The notes: generated from the sequence alone by a model not told the origin. Counted from the first letter of the stretch, positions 40,699 through 50,691 are shown. The stretch is 64,000 bases of DNA from Hyphomicrobiales bacterium (GCA_024236395.1 JACKKO010000001.1:17345-81344); one strand, 5' to 3'. Made by a program: numbers and translations.

Positions 40699-41967
40699 AT
40701 GGTGCATGTTGTGATTATCGGAGCGGGCATCGGGGGCATTCCAGCCGCATTTGAAATCCGCGAAGCGCTGGGGACTAACGTTGATATTACTGTCATCTCC
40801 GATAGTGATACGTTCCATTTTGTTCCATCTAACCCGTGGGTCGCGGTTGGCTGGCGGAAACCGGAAGCCATCAAGATACCGCTTGCCCCCATCTTTCAGA
40901 AAAAGAATATCGCTTTTAAAGTCTCCGCCGCCAAGCAGGTACAGCCGGAAACCAATACTGTCCTGTGCGCGGATGGCGAAACCGTCTCCTACGATTATCT
41001 GGTGATTGCCACCGGGCCGGAGCTTGCCTTTGATGAAATCGAGGGACTGGGACCAGAGCATTATACCCACTCCATCTGCCACGTGGACCATGCCGAAAAA
41101 ACCTTTTCCGCCTGGCAGGATTTTATCGAGAATCCCAGCCATATTGTGGTGGGTGCCACGCAGGGCGCCTCCTGTTTTGGCCCGGCTTATGAGTTTGCCT
41201 TTATTCTGGATACGGAACTGCGTAAACGCAAAATCCGCCATAAAGTCCCCATGACCTTCGTCACCCCGGAACCCTATATCGGCCATCTCGGCCTGGGCGG
41301 TGTCGGTGATACCAAAGGATTGCTGGAATCCGCCTTACGTGAGCGGCATATCAAATGGATTACCAATGCCAAGCTTACGAAAGCAATTAAGGGCCACCTA
41401 CACGTCATGGAATGCGATGCCAAGGGTGAACCAGCTGCCGAGCATGTGCTGGAATCCCGCTACGCCATGTTCATTCCGCCCTTTAGAGGCATTCCTGCGG
41501 TTCGGGAAGTCAAAGGACTTTCCAACCCACGTGGGTTCATCCTGATTGATGAGTACCAGCGCAACCCTACCTACCCGAATGTGTATGCCATTGGGGTGTG
41601 CGTGGCCATTCCCCCGGTGGAAACGACGCCCGTCCCTACGGGTTGTCCCAAAACCGGCTATATGATTGAAAGCATGGTTACGGCCACGGCACAGAATCTA
41701 AAACAGGCCCTTCAGGGTGAGGCCCCCTCGCATAAAGCCAGCTGGAATGCGATCTGCCTGGCGGATTTTGGCGATACGGGTGTCGCGTTTGTAGCGCTGC
41801 CACAAATCCCACCACGCAATGTCAACTGGTCCGCTTCCGGTAAATGGGTGCACCTGGCCAAAATCGCATTTGAGAAATATTTCCTGCGTAAAGTCCGGAA
41901 CGGTGTCAGCGAAACGATCTACGAAAAATACCTCCTGAAAACCATCGGTGTCGAACGGTTGGAGTAG
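40699..41967 (+). CDS. sqr: Sulfide:quinone oxidoreductase (type I-like flavoprotein)
   Basis: FAD fold VVIIGAGIGG and redox Cys contexts GASCFGPAYE and TGCPKTG. 422 aa. Confidence 0.85.
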   Translation: MVHVVIIGAGIGGIPAAFEIREALGTNVDITVISDSDTFHFVPSNPWVAVGWRKPEAIKIPLAPIFQKKNIAFKVSAAKQVQPETNTVLCADGETVSYDYLVIATGPELAFDEIEGLGPEHYTHSICHVDHAEKTFSAWQDFIENPSHIVVGATQGASCFGPAYEFAFILDTELRKRKIRHKVPMTFVTPEPYIGHLGLGGVGDTKGLLESALRERHIKWITNAKLTKAIKGHLHVMECDAKGEPAAEHVLESRYAMFIPPFRGIPAVREVKGLSNPRGFILIDEYQRNPTYPNVYAIGVCVAIPPVETTPVPTGCPKTGYMIESMVTATAQNLKQALQGEAPSHKASWNAICLADFGDTGVAFVALPQIPPRNVNWSASGKWVHLAKIAFEKYFLRKVRNGVSETIYEKYLLKTIGVERLE

Positions 41968-41987
41968 TATGTTTGATGACCGCAAAA

Positions 41988-42063
41988 TGGTGATCCCGAC
42001 AGGATTCGAACCTGTGACCCACTGATTAAAAGTCAGTTGCTCTACCGACTGAGCTACGGGATC
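41988..42063 (-). tRNA. tRNA-Lys (anticodon UUU), CCA encoded
   Basis: Manual cloverleaf: acceptor GATCCCG/CGGGATC, D arm GCTC-agtcggta-GAGC, anticodon arm ACTGA-cTTTTaa-TCAGT, T arm ACAGG-ttcgaat-CCTGT. 76 nt. Confidence 0.9.
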
Positions 42064-42250
42064 CACGTGCCCTCAGGCAAAAAGAATCCGAGCGTTATAA
42101 ACGAAGCCTCTGCAGATGGCAAGTATTTCGGCGCGTATCCTGCTGTTTTTGGTGCCATTTACCATACTTGGCACCGGCTCCTGTGCCCAAACGGCCCTTT
42201 TACGCCGGCTTGGGCTATACCCGTTGCTGAAAATATGCTAATCACAGCGC

Positions 42251-43852
42251 ATGAGCGCACCACTCCTTGCTATTGAAGATCTTTCCGTTGCCTTTCAAGG
42301 CAGTGGCGGCACAGTCATCGCGGCACAGAATGTCTCGCTGGCGATCAGCCGGGGGGAAATCCTGGCATTGGTGGGGGAAAGCGGTAGCGGAAAAACGATT
42401 ACCGCACTTTCCGTGCTCAAACTGCTACCCTATCCCAAGGCCTCACATCCCTCCGGCAAAATCCTGCTGGAAGGGAAGAACCTGCTGGATCAGACCGAAG
42501 CACAGATTCGTACCGTCCGTGGCCAGCGTATCAGCATGATTTTTCAGGAGCCTATGACCTCGCTCAACCCGCTACATACGATCGGACGGCAATTATCGGA
42601 GATCGTGCAGCTGCATACGCCAACCCTTACCAAACCAGAAATCCGCACACGAATTCATCAGTTGCTGGCGGATGTTGGGCTGGAGAAATTACAAGCCCGG
42701 CTGGATGCTTACCCGTTTGAACTTTCCGGCGGGCAACGTCAGCGTATTATGATTGCCATGGCACTGGCCAACGCACCGGATTTGCTGATTGCTGACGAAC
42801 CCACCACCGCACTGGATGTTACGGTACAAGCGCAGATTCTGAAATTATTGCTGAAGCTCCGTAAGGAACGCAACATGGCGATTCTGCTTATTACCCATGA
42901 CCTCTCGCTGGTGCGTCGCGTAGCCGACCGCGTGGCCGTTATGCAGCAGGGAAAGGTAGTGGAGCAGAATACGGTAAACGCACTCTTTGCCGCGCCACAG
43001 CATATCTATACCAAGCAATTGCTGGCTGCTACGCCCGGTGGTGCCCCGGCACCCGCCCCGGATGATGCACCACCCTTGCTTACCGTAGAGCATCTGGATG
43101 TGCATTTCCCGGTAAAAAAAGGGGCGTTTGGCCGGGTACGCGACTGGGTACGCGCCGTGGATGATGTGACCCTCACCGTGCGCAAAGGCCATACGCTGGG
43201 GATCGTGGGAGAAAGCGGCAGCGGCAAAACCACTCTGGCACAGGCCGCCTTACGGCTGATTGCATCCAAGGGAACTATTCACTATCGCGATATCCTGCTT
43301 TCCGGACTGCGCTACCGGGAGTTACGCCCGTTGCGTCAGGAATTGCAGTTTGTGTTCCAGGATCCATTCAGCAGCCTCAACCCCCGGCTGAACGTTTCCC
43401 GTATCTTACGCGAGGGACTGATCGCCCACCGTATCGGCACCCGGCAGGAACAGGAAGAACGTGTGGCACAGGCACTCACCGAGGTGGGGCTGAAGCCGGA
43501 AATGCAGTGGCGCTATCCGCATGAATTTTCCGGTGGCCAGCGGCAACGGATTTCCATTGCCCGTGCGCTAGTGCTCCGGCCCCGCTGTATCGTGTTTGAT
43601 GAACCGACCTCGGCGCTTGATGTTTCTACCCAGTCCGATATTCTGAAGCTGCTCAAGTCTCTACAGCAGAAGTACCAGCTGACCTACCTGTTCATCAGCC
43701 ACGACCTGCGGGTGATCCGCGCACTGGCACATGATGTGATCGTGATGCGCCATGGAAAGATTGTGGAACAGGGCAGCCGCGAGACTATTTTCAACCACCC
43801 CAGAAATGCCTACACCAAAGCGTTGCTGGAAGCTGCCCTGCTGGATGCCTAG
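42251..43852 (+). CDS. yejF: Peptide ABC transporter, fused double ATP-binding protein (YejF-like)
   Basis: Two complete NBDs (GESGSGKT twice, LSGGQRQR twice). 533 aa. Confidence 0.85.
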   Translation: MSAPLLAIEDLSVAFQGSGGTVIAAQNVSLAISRGEILALVGESGSGKTITALSVLKLLPYPKASHPSGKILLEGKNLLDQTEAQIRTVRGQRISMIFQEPMTSLNPLHTIGRQLSEIVQLHTPTLTKPEIRTRIHQLLADVGLEKLQARLDAYPFELSGGQRQRIMIAMALANAPDLLIADEPTTALDVTVQAQILKLLLKLRKERNMAILLITHDLSLVRRVADRVAVMQQGKVVEQNTVNALFAAPQHIYTKQLLAATPGGAPAPAPDDAPPLLTVEHLDVHFPVKKGAFGRVRDWVRAVDDVTLTVRKGHTLGIVGESGSGKTTLAQAALRLIASKGTIHYRDILLSGLRYRELRPLRQELQFVFQDPFSSLNPRLNVSRILREGLIAHRIGTRQEQEERVAQALTEVGLKPEMQWRYPHEFSGGQRQRISIARALVLRPRCIVFDEPTSALDVSTQSDILKLLKSLQQKYQLTYLFISHDLRVIRALAHDVIVMRHGKIVEQGSRETIFNHPRNAYTKALLEAALLDA

Positions 43853-44787
43853 CGGGATTTATTCCGTCGTTTTTCAATCGCATCCCAGAGCCTGGCATGG
43901 TAATTCACCCCATCTAACGCATTATGCACCTGCATTCCACCGGGGCAGGTGGTATTAATTTCTATAAGATACTTACCAATAATATCAATTCCAACGTGAA
44001 AAAGTCCGCGTTCTATGAATACTATGCCTAGTTTCTGAGCCATTTCTTTTTCATGATTACTTAGGGAGTGACGCGTTTGTATCCAGTTTTCACTATTATC
44101 TTTCGTGCCATCAATATACTCGATTTTACGTGCCGTAACCGGTTCACCATCAATGAAGAAAACCCGTATACGACCATTCTTAATTTCTTTGAGGTATTTC
44201 TGAAAGACAAGAGGATAAATTGTTTGCTTAAGCATGTAGCCAATAATTGCTTCGATATTTTCATCCCCCGGCTGAAGGCGCATCACGCCGTGTCCATAAT
44301 AATCATACGGTGGTTTCAAAATAACATCGCCATGCTTTTCTAGGAATTTTGCAATTTCTTTCTTATCCCGTGTAATCAGTGTCGGCGGCATGAATTCCGG
44401 GAATTCAAACGGAAATAATTTCTCCGGACAATTACGTACCCAGTAGGGATCGTTAACAAACAATACCTTCTCACGCAACCGCTCCAGCATATAGGTAGCG
44501 CTCAGATATTTCATGTCAAACGGCGGGTGGTTCCGCATGAAAATGACATCCATCTCACCAAGCATTAATGTTTCATCTTCACCTAACCGGTAATAGTCTT
44601 TCTTCGATTGATCTACCCACACCCGGCGTGCGGTGGCATGCACATCGTTATTAGAAAGCGACAGTTCTTCTGGTGCATATTGCCAGACGTCGTAGCTTCG
44701 CTTCTGTGCTTCTTCGATAAAGAATAACGAGTTGGTGAAACCTTTCTCGCTTTCTGTCAGCGGCTCCATCTGAAAGGCTACCTTCAT
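43849..44787 (-). CDS. Divergent glutathione synthetase-like ATP-grasp ligase
   Basis: N-domain DVIFMRNHPPFDMKYLSATYMLERL and C-domain GIDIIGKYLIEINTTCP resemble prokaryotic GshB. The Gly-rich loops are not conserved. AT-rich gene. Confidence 0.65.
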   Translation of the reverse strand: MKVAFQMEPLTESEKGFTNSLFFIEEAQKRSYDVWQYAPEELSLSNNDVHATARRVWVDQSKKDYYRLGEDETLMLGEMDVIFMRNHPPFDMKYLSATYMLERLREKVLFVNDPYWVRNCPEKLFPFEFPEFMPPTLITRDKKEIAKFLEKHGDVILKPPYDYYGHGVMRLQPGDENIEAIIGYMLKQTIYPLVFQKYLKEIKNGRIRVFFIDGEPVTARKIEYIDGTKDNSENWIQTRHSLSNHEKEMAQKLGIVFIERGLFHVGIDIIGKYLIEINTTCPGGMQVHNALDGVNYHARLWDAIEKRRNKSR

Positions 44788-44789
44788 AA

Positions 44790-45230
44790 TTACTTACTCC
44801 GGTTATTTTGTTCATTACGCCGCCGCGCATTGCGGATCTTCCAGTCTTCTACATACTGGTGCAGATCATCGAGTTTTTTATAGGGATCCTTCACATTCGG
44901 GTGCAGCAACTCCGCGCGCGAAACTTCCTTCTCTTCCACCTCTACATGATGCCTGAGCAATTCTTTTAGAAGCGCCCCGGCACGCATCATTACCTCATGC
45001 GGCACCTTGCCTGCCTTCAGGGTTTTCTGCCGCAAATCTTCCTCGATGAAGCGCCGCACCAATCGCTTATTATCCTCGGTGGGTAGCACTCCCAGCACCC
45101 GCAGTACTTCCATGAAGATATCAAATTCCTGCGCATCCACCACGTTATCTTCCATGAAATGTTCGATCAGCGGTTCCAGTTTCTGGTAGATCGCGTAAAT
45201 GGCGTCTTCGTTTTCGGGTAATATACTCAT
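44790..45230 (-). CDS. Hypothetical protein, 146 aa
   Basis: ORF packed between yejE (6-nt gap) and the ATP-grasp gene (2-nt gap). Predicted helical and charged. No family recognised. Confidence 0.45.
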   Translation of the reverse strand: MSILPENEDAIYAIYQKLEPLIEHFMEDNVVDAQEFDIFMEVLRVLGVLPTEDNKRLVRRFIEEDLRQKTLKAGKVPHEVMMRAGALLKELLRHHVEVEEKEVSRAELLHPNVKDPYKKLDDLHQYVEDWKIRNARRRNEQNNRSK

Positions 45231-45236
45231 GGTTCC

Positions 45237-46256
45237 TTACTTCTTTGGGTTTAACGCATCACGGACGGCTTCGCCGATAAAAATCAGCAGGCTCAGCATC
45301 ACCGCCAGCACCATGAATGCCGTCATCCCAAGCCATGGTGCCTGCAGATTATTTTTCCCCTGCGCCAGCAATTCCCCCAGCGAGGCCGAACCGGGGGGCA
45401 GACCAAAGCCCAGGAAATCCAGCGAGGTCAGGGTGGTAATCGCACCGTTCAGCATGAACGGCAGAAAGGTCAGTGCGGCCACAATACTATTGGGCAGGAT
45501 ATGCCGGAACAAAATCACCGGCTCACGTACCCCCAGTGCACGGGCCGCTTTGACATAATCCTGCTTGCGCGTCTTCAGCACTTCCGCCCGCACCACCCCC
45601 ACAATCCCGATCCAGGAAAACAGCGCCATGATCCCTAAGAGCCACCAGAAATTCGGTTCCACGAAACTGGCCAGAATAATCAATAGAAAGAGCGTCGGCA
45701 GACCACTCCAGATTTCAATCACGCGCTGGAACAGCAGGTCTGTCCAGCCGCCAAAATACCCCTGCAGCGCCCCGGCAATCGTCCCGACCGTGACGGAGAT
45801 CGCCGTCAGTGCCAGCCCAAACAATACCGATATCCGGAACCCGTAAATCAGCCGCGCGACCACATCGCGCCCCTGATCATCTGTCCCCAGCCAGTTCTCC
45901 CCGGTGGGCGGCGAGGGTGCCGCCGTCGGCAAATCGTAATTCACCGTGCGATAACTGAACCGCACCGGCGGCCATACCATCCAGCCCCCTGAATCCCTGA
46001 TGAGGTTTATCAGATACGGGTCACGGTAATCGGCTTCGGTTTCAAACTGCCCCCCAAGCTCTACTTCCGTATACATCTTGAATACCGGGAAGTAGAATTG
46101 TCCCTGATGGTAGACCAGGATAGGCTTATCATTGGCGATCACTTCCGCCAGCAGCGCCAGCACAAACAGCACAAGGAAAATCCATAGGCTCCAAAAGCCA
46201 CGTGCATTGGTCTTAAAACGCCGCCATTGTTGCTGCCGCAGGGACTCGCCCATCAT
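45237..46256 (-). CDS. yejE: Peptide ABC transporter permease (YejE-like)
   Basis: Binding-protein-dependent permease with an EAA-type loop (KAARALGV). Confidence 0.85.
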   Translation of the reverse strand: MMGESLRQQQWRRFKTNARGFWSLWIFLVLFVLALLAEVIANDKPILVYHQGQFYFPVFKMYTEVELGGQFETEADYRDPYLINLIRDSGGWMVWPPVRFSYRTVNYDLPTAAPSPPTGENWLGTDDQGRDVVARLIYGFRISVLFGLALTAISVTVGTIAGALQGYFGGWTDLLFQRVIEIWSGLPTLFLLIILASFVEPNFWWLLGIMALFSWIGIVGVVRAEVLKTRKQDYVKAARALGVREPVILFRHILPNSIVAALTFLPFMLNGAITTLTSLDFLGFGLPPGSASLGELLAQGKNNLQAPWLGMTAFMVLAVMLSLLIFIGEAVRDALNPKK

Positions 46257-47365
46257 ACCTCCCGGCTTTCAAAATCAATGCGCGGATCCACCAGCACGTA
46301 CGTCAGGTCACTAATCAGCGCAACCACCAACCCCAGCAGCGAATAGATAAACAACGTGCCGAACACCACCGGGTAATCACGCCCGATAGCCGCTTCAAAC
46401 CCCATCAGCCCAAGCCCGTTCAGCGAGAAAATAATCTCAATCAGCAGCGAACCGGTAAACAGGATCGAAAGAAACGCCCCCGGAAACCCGGCAATGACAA
46501 TCAGCATCGCATTGCGGAACACATGCCCGTAAAGCACCTGCCGCTCGGTGCAGCCCTTGGCACGGGCGGTCAGCACATATTGCTTGCTTAGTTCCTCAAT
46601 GAACGAGTTCTTGGTCAGCATCGTCATGCTGGCAAACCCGCTGATGACCATGGCGATAATCGGCAGCGTCATATGCCAGAAATAATCGAGGATTTTTTCC
46701 GGCCAGCGCATCAGCTCCCACCCTTCCGAGGTCAAGCCCCGCAGGGGAAAAACATTCCAGAAACTCCCCCCGGCAAACACTACAATCAATAGCACCGCGA
46801 ACAGGAAGCTGGGGATGGCATACCCAATCACCACCACTGCACTGCTCCAGATATCAAAGGCTTCCCCATCGCTCACCGCCTTGCGTATCCCCAGCGGGAT
46901 GGAAACCAGATAGACCAGCAACGTTGTCCACAGACCCAGCGAAATGGAAACGGGTAGCCGTGCAAAAATCATATCCACCACTTTTTCACTGCGGAAAAAA
47001 CTCTCCCCAAAATCAAAATGGGAATAATCGTTGAGCATTTTAAAGAAGCGTTCATGCGCAGGCTTATCAAACCCATACATTTTTTCGATGCGGGCAATCA
47101 GCTCCGGGTCCAGTCCTTGTGCCCCGCGATATTTGCTGCTGGTATTGGTGCTGTTGGCCTGCTTGAGCATCCCGGCACCACCCATTGTTTCATGCCCGCC
47201 CCCGGCAATCCGTTCCGTCGCACTACCCTGCATCCCGGTTATTTCGGCAATCGCCTGTTCCACCGGCCCGCCGGGTGCAGCCTGCACAATAAGGAAACTC
47301 ACCAGCACAATGCCAAACAAGGTGGGGATCATCAACAGCAGGCGTTTGAGAATATAGGCGTACAT
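46253..47365 (-). CDS. yejB: Peptide ABC transporter permease (YejB-like)
   Basis: N-terminal [19 protein letters not shown] typical of DppB/YejB permeases. It overlaps the yejE start by 4 nt. Confidence 0.85.
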   Translation of the reverse strand: MYAYILKRLLLMIPTLFGIVLVSFLIVQAAPGGPVEQAIAEITGMQGSATERIAGGGHETMGGAGMLKQANSTNTSSKYRGAQGLDPELIARIEKMYGFDKPAHERFFKMLNDYSHFDFGESFFRSEKVVDMIFARLPVSISLGLWTTLLVYLVSIPLGIRKAVSDGEAFDIWSSAVVVIGYAIPSFLFAVLLIVVFAGGSFWNVFPLRGLTSEGWELMRWPEKILDYFWHMTLPIIAMVISGFASMTMLTKNSFIEELSKQYVLTARAKGCTERQVLYGHVFRNAMLIVIAGFPGAFLSILFTGSLLIEIIFSLNGLGLMGFEAAIGRDYPVVFGTLFIYSLLGLVVALISDLTYVLVDPRIDFESREV

Positions 47366-47418
47366 GGGCGGAATCTAGCGTGGTTACTGGCCAGCGTCCA
47401 GCAAAGATGTCCGGAGCA

Positions 47419-48072
47419 TCAGGCCGTGCGTTTTAACGTACCGGCAATGGTAAAATGCGCTTCGGTTTTCTCACGGATTTCATCGACCGTGACATCATGC
47501 GCATGCTCCGTCAGCACCAACCCATCGCCGGAGACATCAAACACACCCAGCTCGGTGATGACCCGATCTACCACGCGTTTCCCGGTCAGTGGTAACTGGC
47601 ATTGTTTGAGCAACTTCGGCGCGCCACTTTTTGCAGTATGCGACATCAGCACCACCACGCGCTTCACCCCGGCCACCAGATCCATCGCGCCACCGGGGCC
47701 TTTGACCATCTTCCCCGGAATCATCCAGTTGGCCAGATCGCCATGTTCGGACACTTCCAGCGCACCGAGAATGGAAAGATCAATATGCCCCCCGCGAATC
47801 ATGCCAAACGAGGTGGCGCTATCGAAATAGCTACTCTCCGGCAGGGCGGTGATCGTCTGTTTGCCGGCATTGATCAGATCCGCATCTACTTCCGCTTCCG
47901 TGGGAAACGGCCCCATGCCGAGCATGCCGTTTTCACTCTGCAGCGTGACCTGTACACCGGGAGGGATATAATTCGCCACTTCCGTTGGCATCCCGATTCC
48001 CAGATTCACATAGCACCCGTCAAAAAATTCACGCGCCGCAATCTTGCACATCTCTTCGTTTGTATATGGCAT
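47419..48072 (-). CDS. scoB: 3-oxoacid CoA-transferase subunit B
   Basis: Conserved SENG motif ([12 protein letters not shown]). 217 aa. Confidence 0.88.
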   Translation of the reverse strand: MPYTNEEMCKIAAREFFDGCYVNLGIGMPTEVANYIPPGVQVTLQSENGMLGMGPFPTEAEVDADLINAGKQTITALPESSYFDSATSFGMIRGGHIDLSILGALEVSEHGDLANWMIPGKMVKGPGGAMDLVAGVKRVVVLMSHTAKSGAPKLLKQCQLPLTGKRVVDRVITELGVFDVSGDGLVLTEHAHDVTVDEIREKTEAHFTIAGTLKRTA

Positions 48073-48779
48073 CAGGCGGCAACCTCCCGTGTGGTACGGC
48101 GTTCAATGCGTTTTTCATAGGCACCGCCTTTGAACAGACGCTGCACGAAAATACCCGGCGTGTGAATATCCTCGGCAGCCAGTTCCCCCACTTCCACGAT
48201 TTCTTCCACTTCCGCCACCGTGATACGGGCGGCCGTGGCCATGATAGGATTAAAGTTACGCGCTGTTTTGCGGTAGACCAGATTTCCCGCTTTATCGGCC
48301 TTCCAGGCTTTCACGATCGCCAGATCGGCGAACAAACCAAATTCCATCACATACGGTTCACCATCGAACTCGCGGGTCTCCTTACCTTCTGAAAGCACGG
48401 TACCGTAGGCAGTTTTGGTGTAAAATGCCGGAATGCCTGCCCCCCCTGCGCGGATACGCTCTGCCAAGGTGCCTTGCGGATTGAGCTCTAGTTCCAGCTC
48501 ACCATCCAGATATTGCTTTTCGAAGGTTTTATTCTCCCCGACATAGGAGGAAATCATCTTACGGATCTGCCGCGTCTGCAGCATGATGCCGAGGCCAAAA
48601 TCATCCACCCCGCAATTATTGCTGATGACCGTCAGGTTTTTCACCCCCGAATCGCGAACCGCCAGAATACAATGTTCCGGGATACCGCATAGCCCAAAGC
48701 CACCTGCCATAATGGTCATCCCGTCTTTTAACAGGCCATGTAAGGCGGTGTTGGCATTTTCAAACAGTTTATTGCTCAT
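48072..48779 (-). CDS. scoA: 3-oxoacid CoA-transferase subunit A
   Basis: [16 protein letters not shown] motif. Start set at [13 protein letters not shown] (ATG 48779); the listed ORF extends to 48872. Confidence 0.88.
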   Translation of the reverse strand: MSNKLFENANTALHGLLKDGMTIMAGGFGLCGIPEHCILAVRDSGVKNLTVISNNCGVDDFGLGIMLQTRQIRKMISSYVGENKTFEKQYLDGELELELNPQGTLAERIRAGGAGIPAFYTKTAYGTVLSEGKETREFDGEPYVMEFGLFADLAIVKAWKADKAGNLVYRKTARNFNPIMATAARITVAEVEEIVEVGELAAEDIHTPGIFVQRLFKGGAYEKRIERRTTREVAA

Positions 48780-48892
48780 GTGCCTATTCCTAGCGCAAAA
48801 ATAACGACCCGAGCAAGAAAAAAGACTTGTACATTTGTATCTGTACGCGTATACGTCCACTTTATATTCCATATATGTGCATTTTTAGAAGT

Positions 48893-49105
48893 ATGAAGTA
48901 TTTGTCTCTGTTTTTCCTTGCTCTCCCTGCCTGCAGTGCTGATCTTTCTTATCTCAATCACTCGCGTATCGATTCCAATTATGTATCCATATATGAACGT
49001 TACGTCGTACAGCCCTGCGCCGGGGATACGACATGTATGCAGCAACGCAATAAAGATTACTTGCAAATGGTAGAAAATAGTAACTTCTCTTTTGCAGCGC
49101 GTTGA
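48893..49105 (+). CDS. Possible small secreted Cys-containing peptide, 70 aa
   Basis: Internal Met of the listed 48827 ORF gives MKYLSLFFLALPACSA, a signal-peptide-like N-terminus. The mature part contains PCAGDTTC. The RBS is weak, so coding status is uncertain. Confidence 0.35.
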   Translation: MKYLSLFFLALPACSADLSYLNHSRIDSNYVSIYERYVVQPCAGDTTCMQQRNKDYLQMVENSNFSFAAR

Positions 49106-49168
49106 CGTATCTTTGCGCATACTTCCAACGAATACCCGTAGGAAGTTATTTTTTGACGGAGGTTTCGT

Positions 49169-49417
49169 ATGAAAAAGAATATGGGAAAAACAGATAAATC
49201 GATTCGTTTAGTGGCTGCCGTTATTTTGATAGCCCTGATTGCAACAGGAAACGTCACCGGCACTCTGGCGATTATTCTGGGAGTGGTCGCTGCTGTGTTT
49301 ATCGCCACTTCTCTAATTAGTTTCTGCCCGCTTTACCCCATCCTCGGCATCTCCACCTGCGGCAAATGCTGCGGGGGCGGATGTAAAAAAGACAGCGATG
49401 CCGGAAACGCCGCCTAA
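49169..49417 (+). CDS. DUF2892 membrane protein with a Cys-rich C-terminal tail
   Basis: Two TM helices and the ...SFCPLYPILGISTC end typical of DUF2892, followed by the extra tail GKCCGGGCKKDSDAGNAA. It overlaps the DUF2063 start by 20 nt. Confidence 0.6.
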   Translation: MKKNMGKTDKSIRLVAAVILIALIATGNVTGTLAIILGVVAAVFIATSLISFCPLYPILGISTCGKCCGGGCKKDSDAGNAA

Positions 49418-50186
49418 TCATACTTCGCTGGCACAGCTTCAGCAGGCATTTTGTCGCCTGATTCTGGATGACGCACCTGTGGCTTCCGGCATGCTTGCCA
49501 GTGCTCATCGCGACCCGGCACGTATCCAAAATGTTTATCGCAACAACCTACTGGGTGCGGCAGGGGGTGCGCTGGCACTGACATACCCCGTCTCACAGGC
49601 TTTGGTGGGAGATCGTTTTTTTCAACATGTCATCACTCGCTATATCCAGAAGAACCCACCCACAACAGGCAATCTGGATTGTTACGGGGAAGATATTCCC
49701 ACCTATCTAAGCACACTCCCGGACGTTGCATCACTGCCATACCTGCCCGATGTCGCCTGGCTGGAATGGGCCTGGCACCAAAGTAGCCTGGCGGAAAACG
49801 CCCCGGTACTGATGCCGGAAGCACTGCAATCCCTACCGCCTGAGACCCTGCCGGAACTGTGTTTCATCCCGCACCCGGCGCTGCGCATGCTCCACTCGGA
49901 ATATCCTGTACACCGCATCTGGGCACTGCATCAGGACGAAGCCAACCAAGCATCCACCGTGGATCTTTCAGAGGGTCCGTGCCAGCTGGCCATCACCCGC
50001 CCGGCCCGCCAGATCCTAATATCGCCGCTGGAAGAACCAGAATACCAACTGCTTTCCCGAATGGTTAAAGGGAACTGCCTGGGTGATGCCGTGGAGAAAA
50101 TCTACGCGGCGTTTCCGCATTTTGACCTTGCATTTTCACTGGAGCGGCTTATCGTAACGGGCTGTTTCAGCGGCATAAAGCCCTGA
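49398..50186 (+). CDS. bufC: DUF2063 protein (BufC/HvfC-type RiPP maturation partner)
   Basis: The pattern LAQLQQAF...VYRNNL...LTYPV...LG...F...YLPDVAWLEWAWH matches DUF2063. It is followed by DoxX, as in bufferin operons. Confidence 0.75.
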   Translation: MPETPPNHTSLAQLQQAFCRLILDDAPVASGMLASAHRDPARIQNVYRNNLLGAAGGALALTYPVSQALVGDRFFQHVITRYIQKNPPTTGNLDCYGEDIPTYLSTLPDVASLPYLPDVAWLEWAWHQSSLAENAPVLMPEALQSLPPETLPELCFIPHPALRMLHSEYPVHRIWALHQDEANQASTVDLSEGPCQLAITRPARQILISPLEEPEYQLLSRMVKGNCLGDAVEKIYAAFPHFDLAFSLERLIVTGCFSGIKP

Positions 50187-50205
50187 TATAAACTGGGAGA
50201 ATTGT

Positions 50206-50691
50206 ATGGCACGGCATCATAAGGAATTACCCCTTTGGCTCCGCGTGGCAGATATTAAACTGCGCGTGGCCGAACAATTTACTGATCCGGTAATCCTGGG
50301 TATTCGCCTGTGGCTGGCCAAGGTCTTCTGGACATCGGGCACCCTGAAGCTGGATACGGGCTTTCTGGGCATCGGCCAGGGCAACTGGGAATCGACACTG
50401 ATTCTGTTTGAATACGAATACCAGGTACCGATTCTGACACCTCAGGCCGCCGCCTATCTCTCCACCGCGGCAGAACTGATCTTCCCGATCCTGTTGGTAT
50501 TGGGACTGGGGAGCCGGATTGCTGCCTTTGGCCTGTTGTTTATGACCGCCGTGATCGAGTTTACGTACCAACACAGCCCCGAACATGTGATCTGGGCGTT
50601 ATTTCTGGGTACCGTACTGACCTACGGGCCGGGCCGTATCGCACTGGATTTCCTTATCAGCCGTCGTTTTCTCCCCCATCGGCACGACTAA
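50206..50691 (+). CDS. DoxX-family membrane protein
   Basis: 161 aa, four TM helices, DoxX-like GIRLWLAKVFWTSG...ELIFPILLVLGLGSR. Confidence 0.75.
   Translation: MARHHKELPLWLRVADIKLRVAEQFTDPVILGIRLWLAKVFWTSGTLKLDTGFLGIGQGNWESTLILFEYEYQVPILTPQAAAYLSTAAELIFPILLVLGLGSRIAAFGLLFMTAVIEFTYQHSPEHVIWALFLGTVLTYGPGRIALDFLISRRFLPHRHD

Noticed and set aside
40420-41286. Long antisense ORFs inside well-supported genes: 40420-41286 in sqr, 51172-51951 and 52396-53034 in valS, 60145-60846 in yejA, 47018-47830 opposite yejB/scoB, and 24132-24965 in ileS.
   Set aside because: They have Arg/Gly/Pro-rich composition typical of GC-rich antisense frames. They carry no motifs, and each is fully contained in a gene with strong family signatures.
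41988-42063. tRNA-Lys as the attachment site of a genomic island.
   Set aside because: No integrase, no partial tRNA direct repeat and no mobility gene is visible on either side. The neighbours are housekeeping genes.
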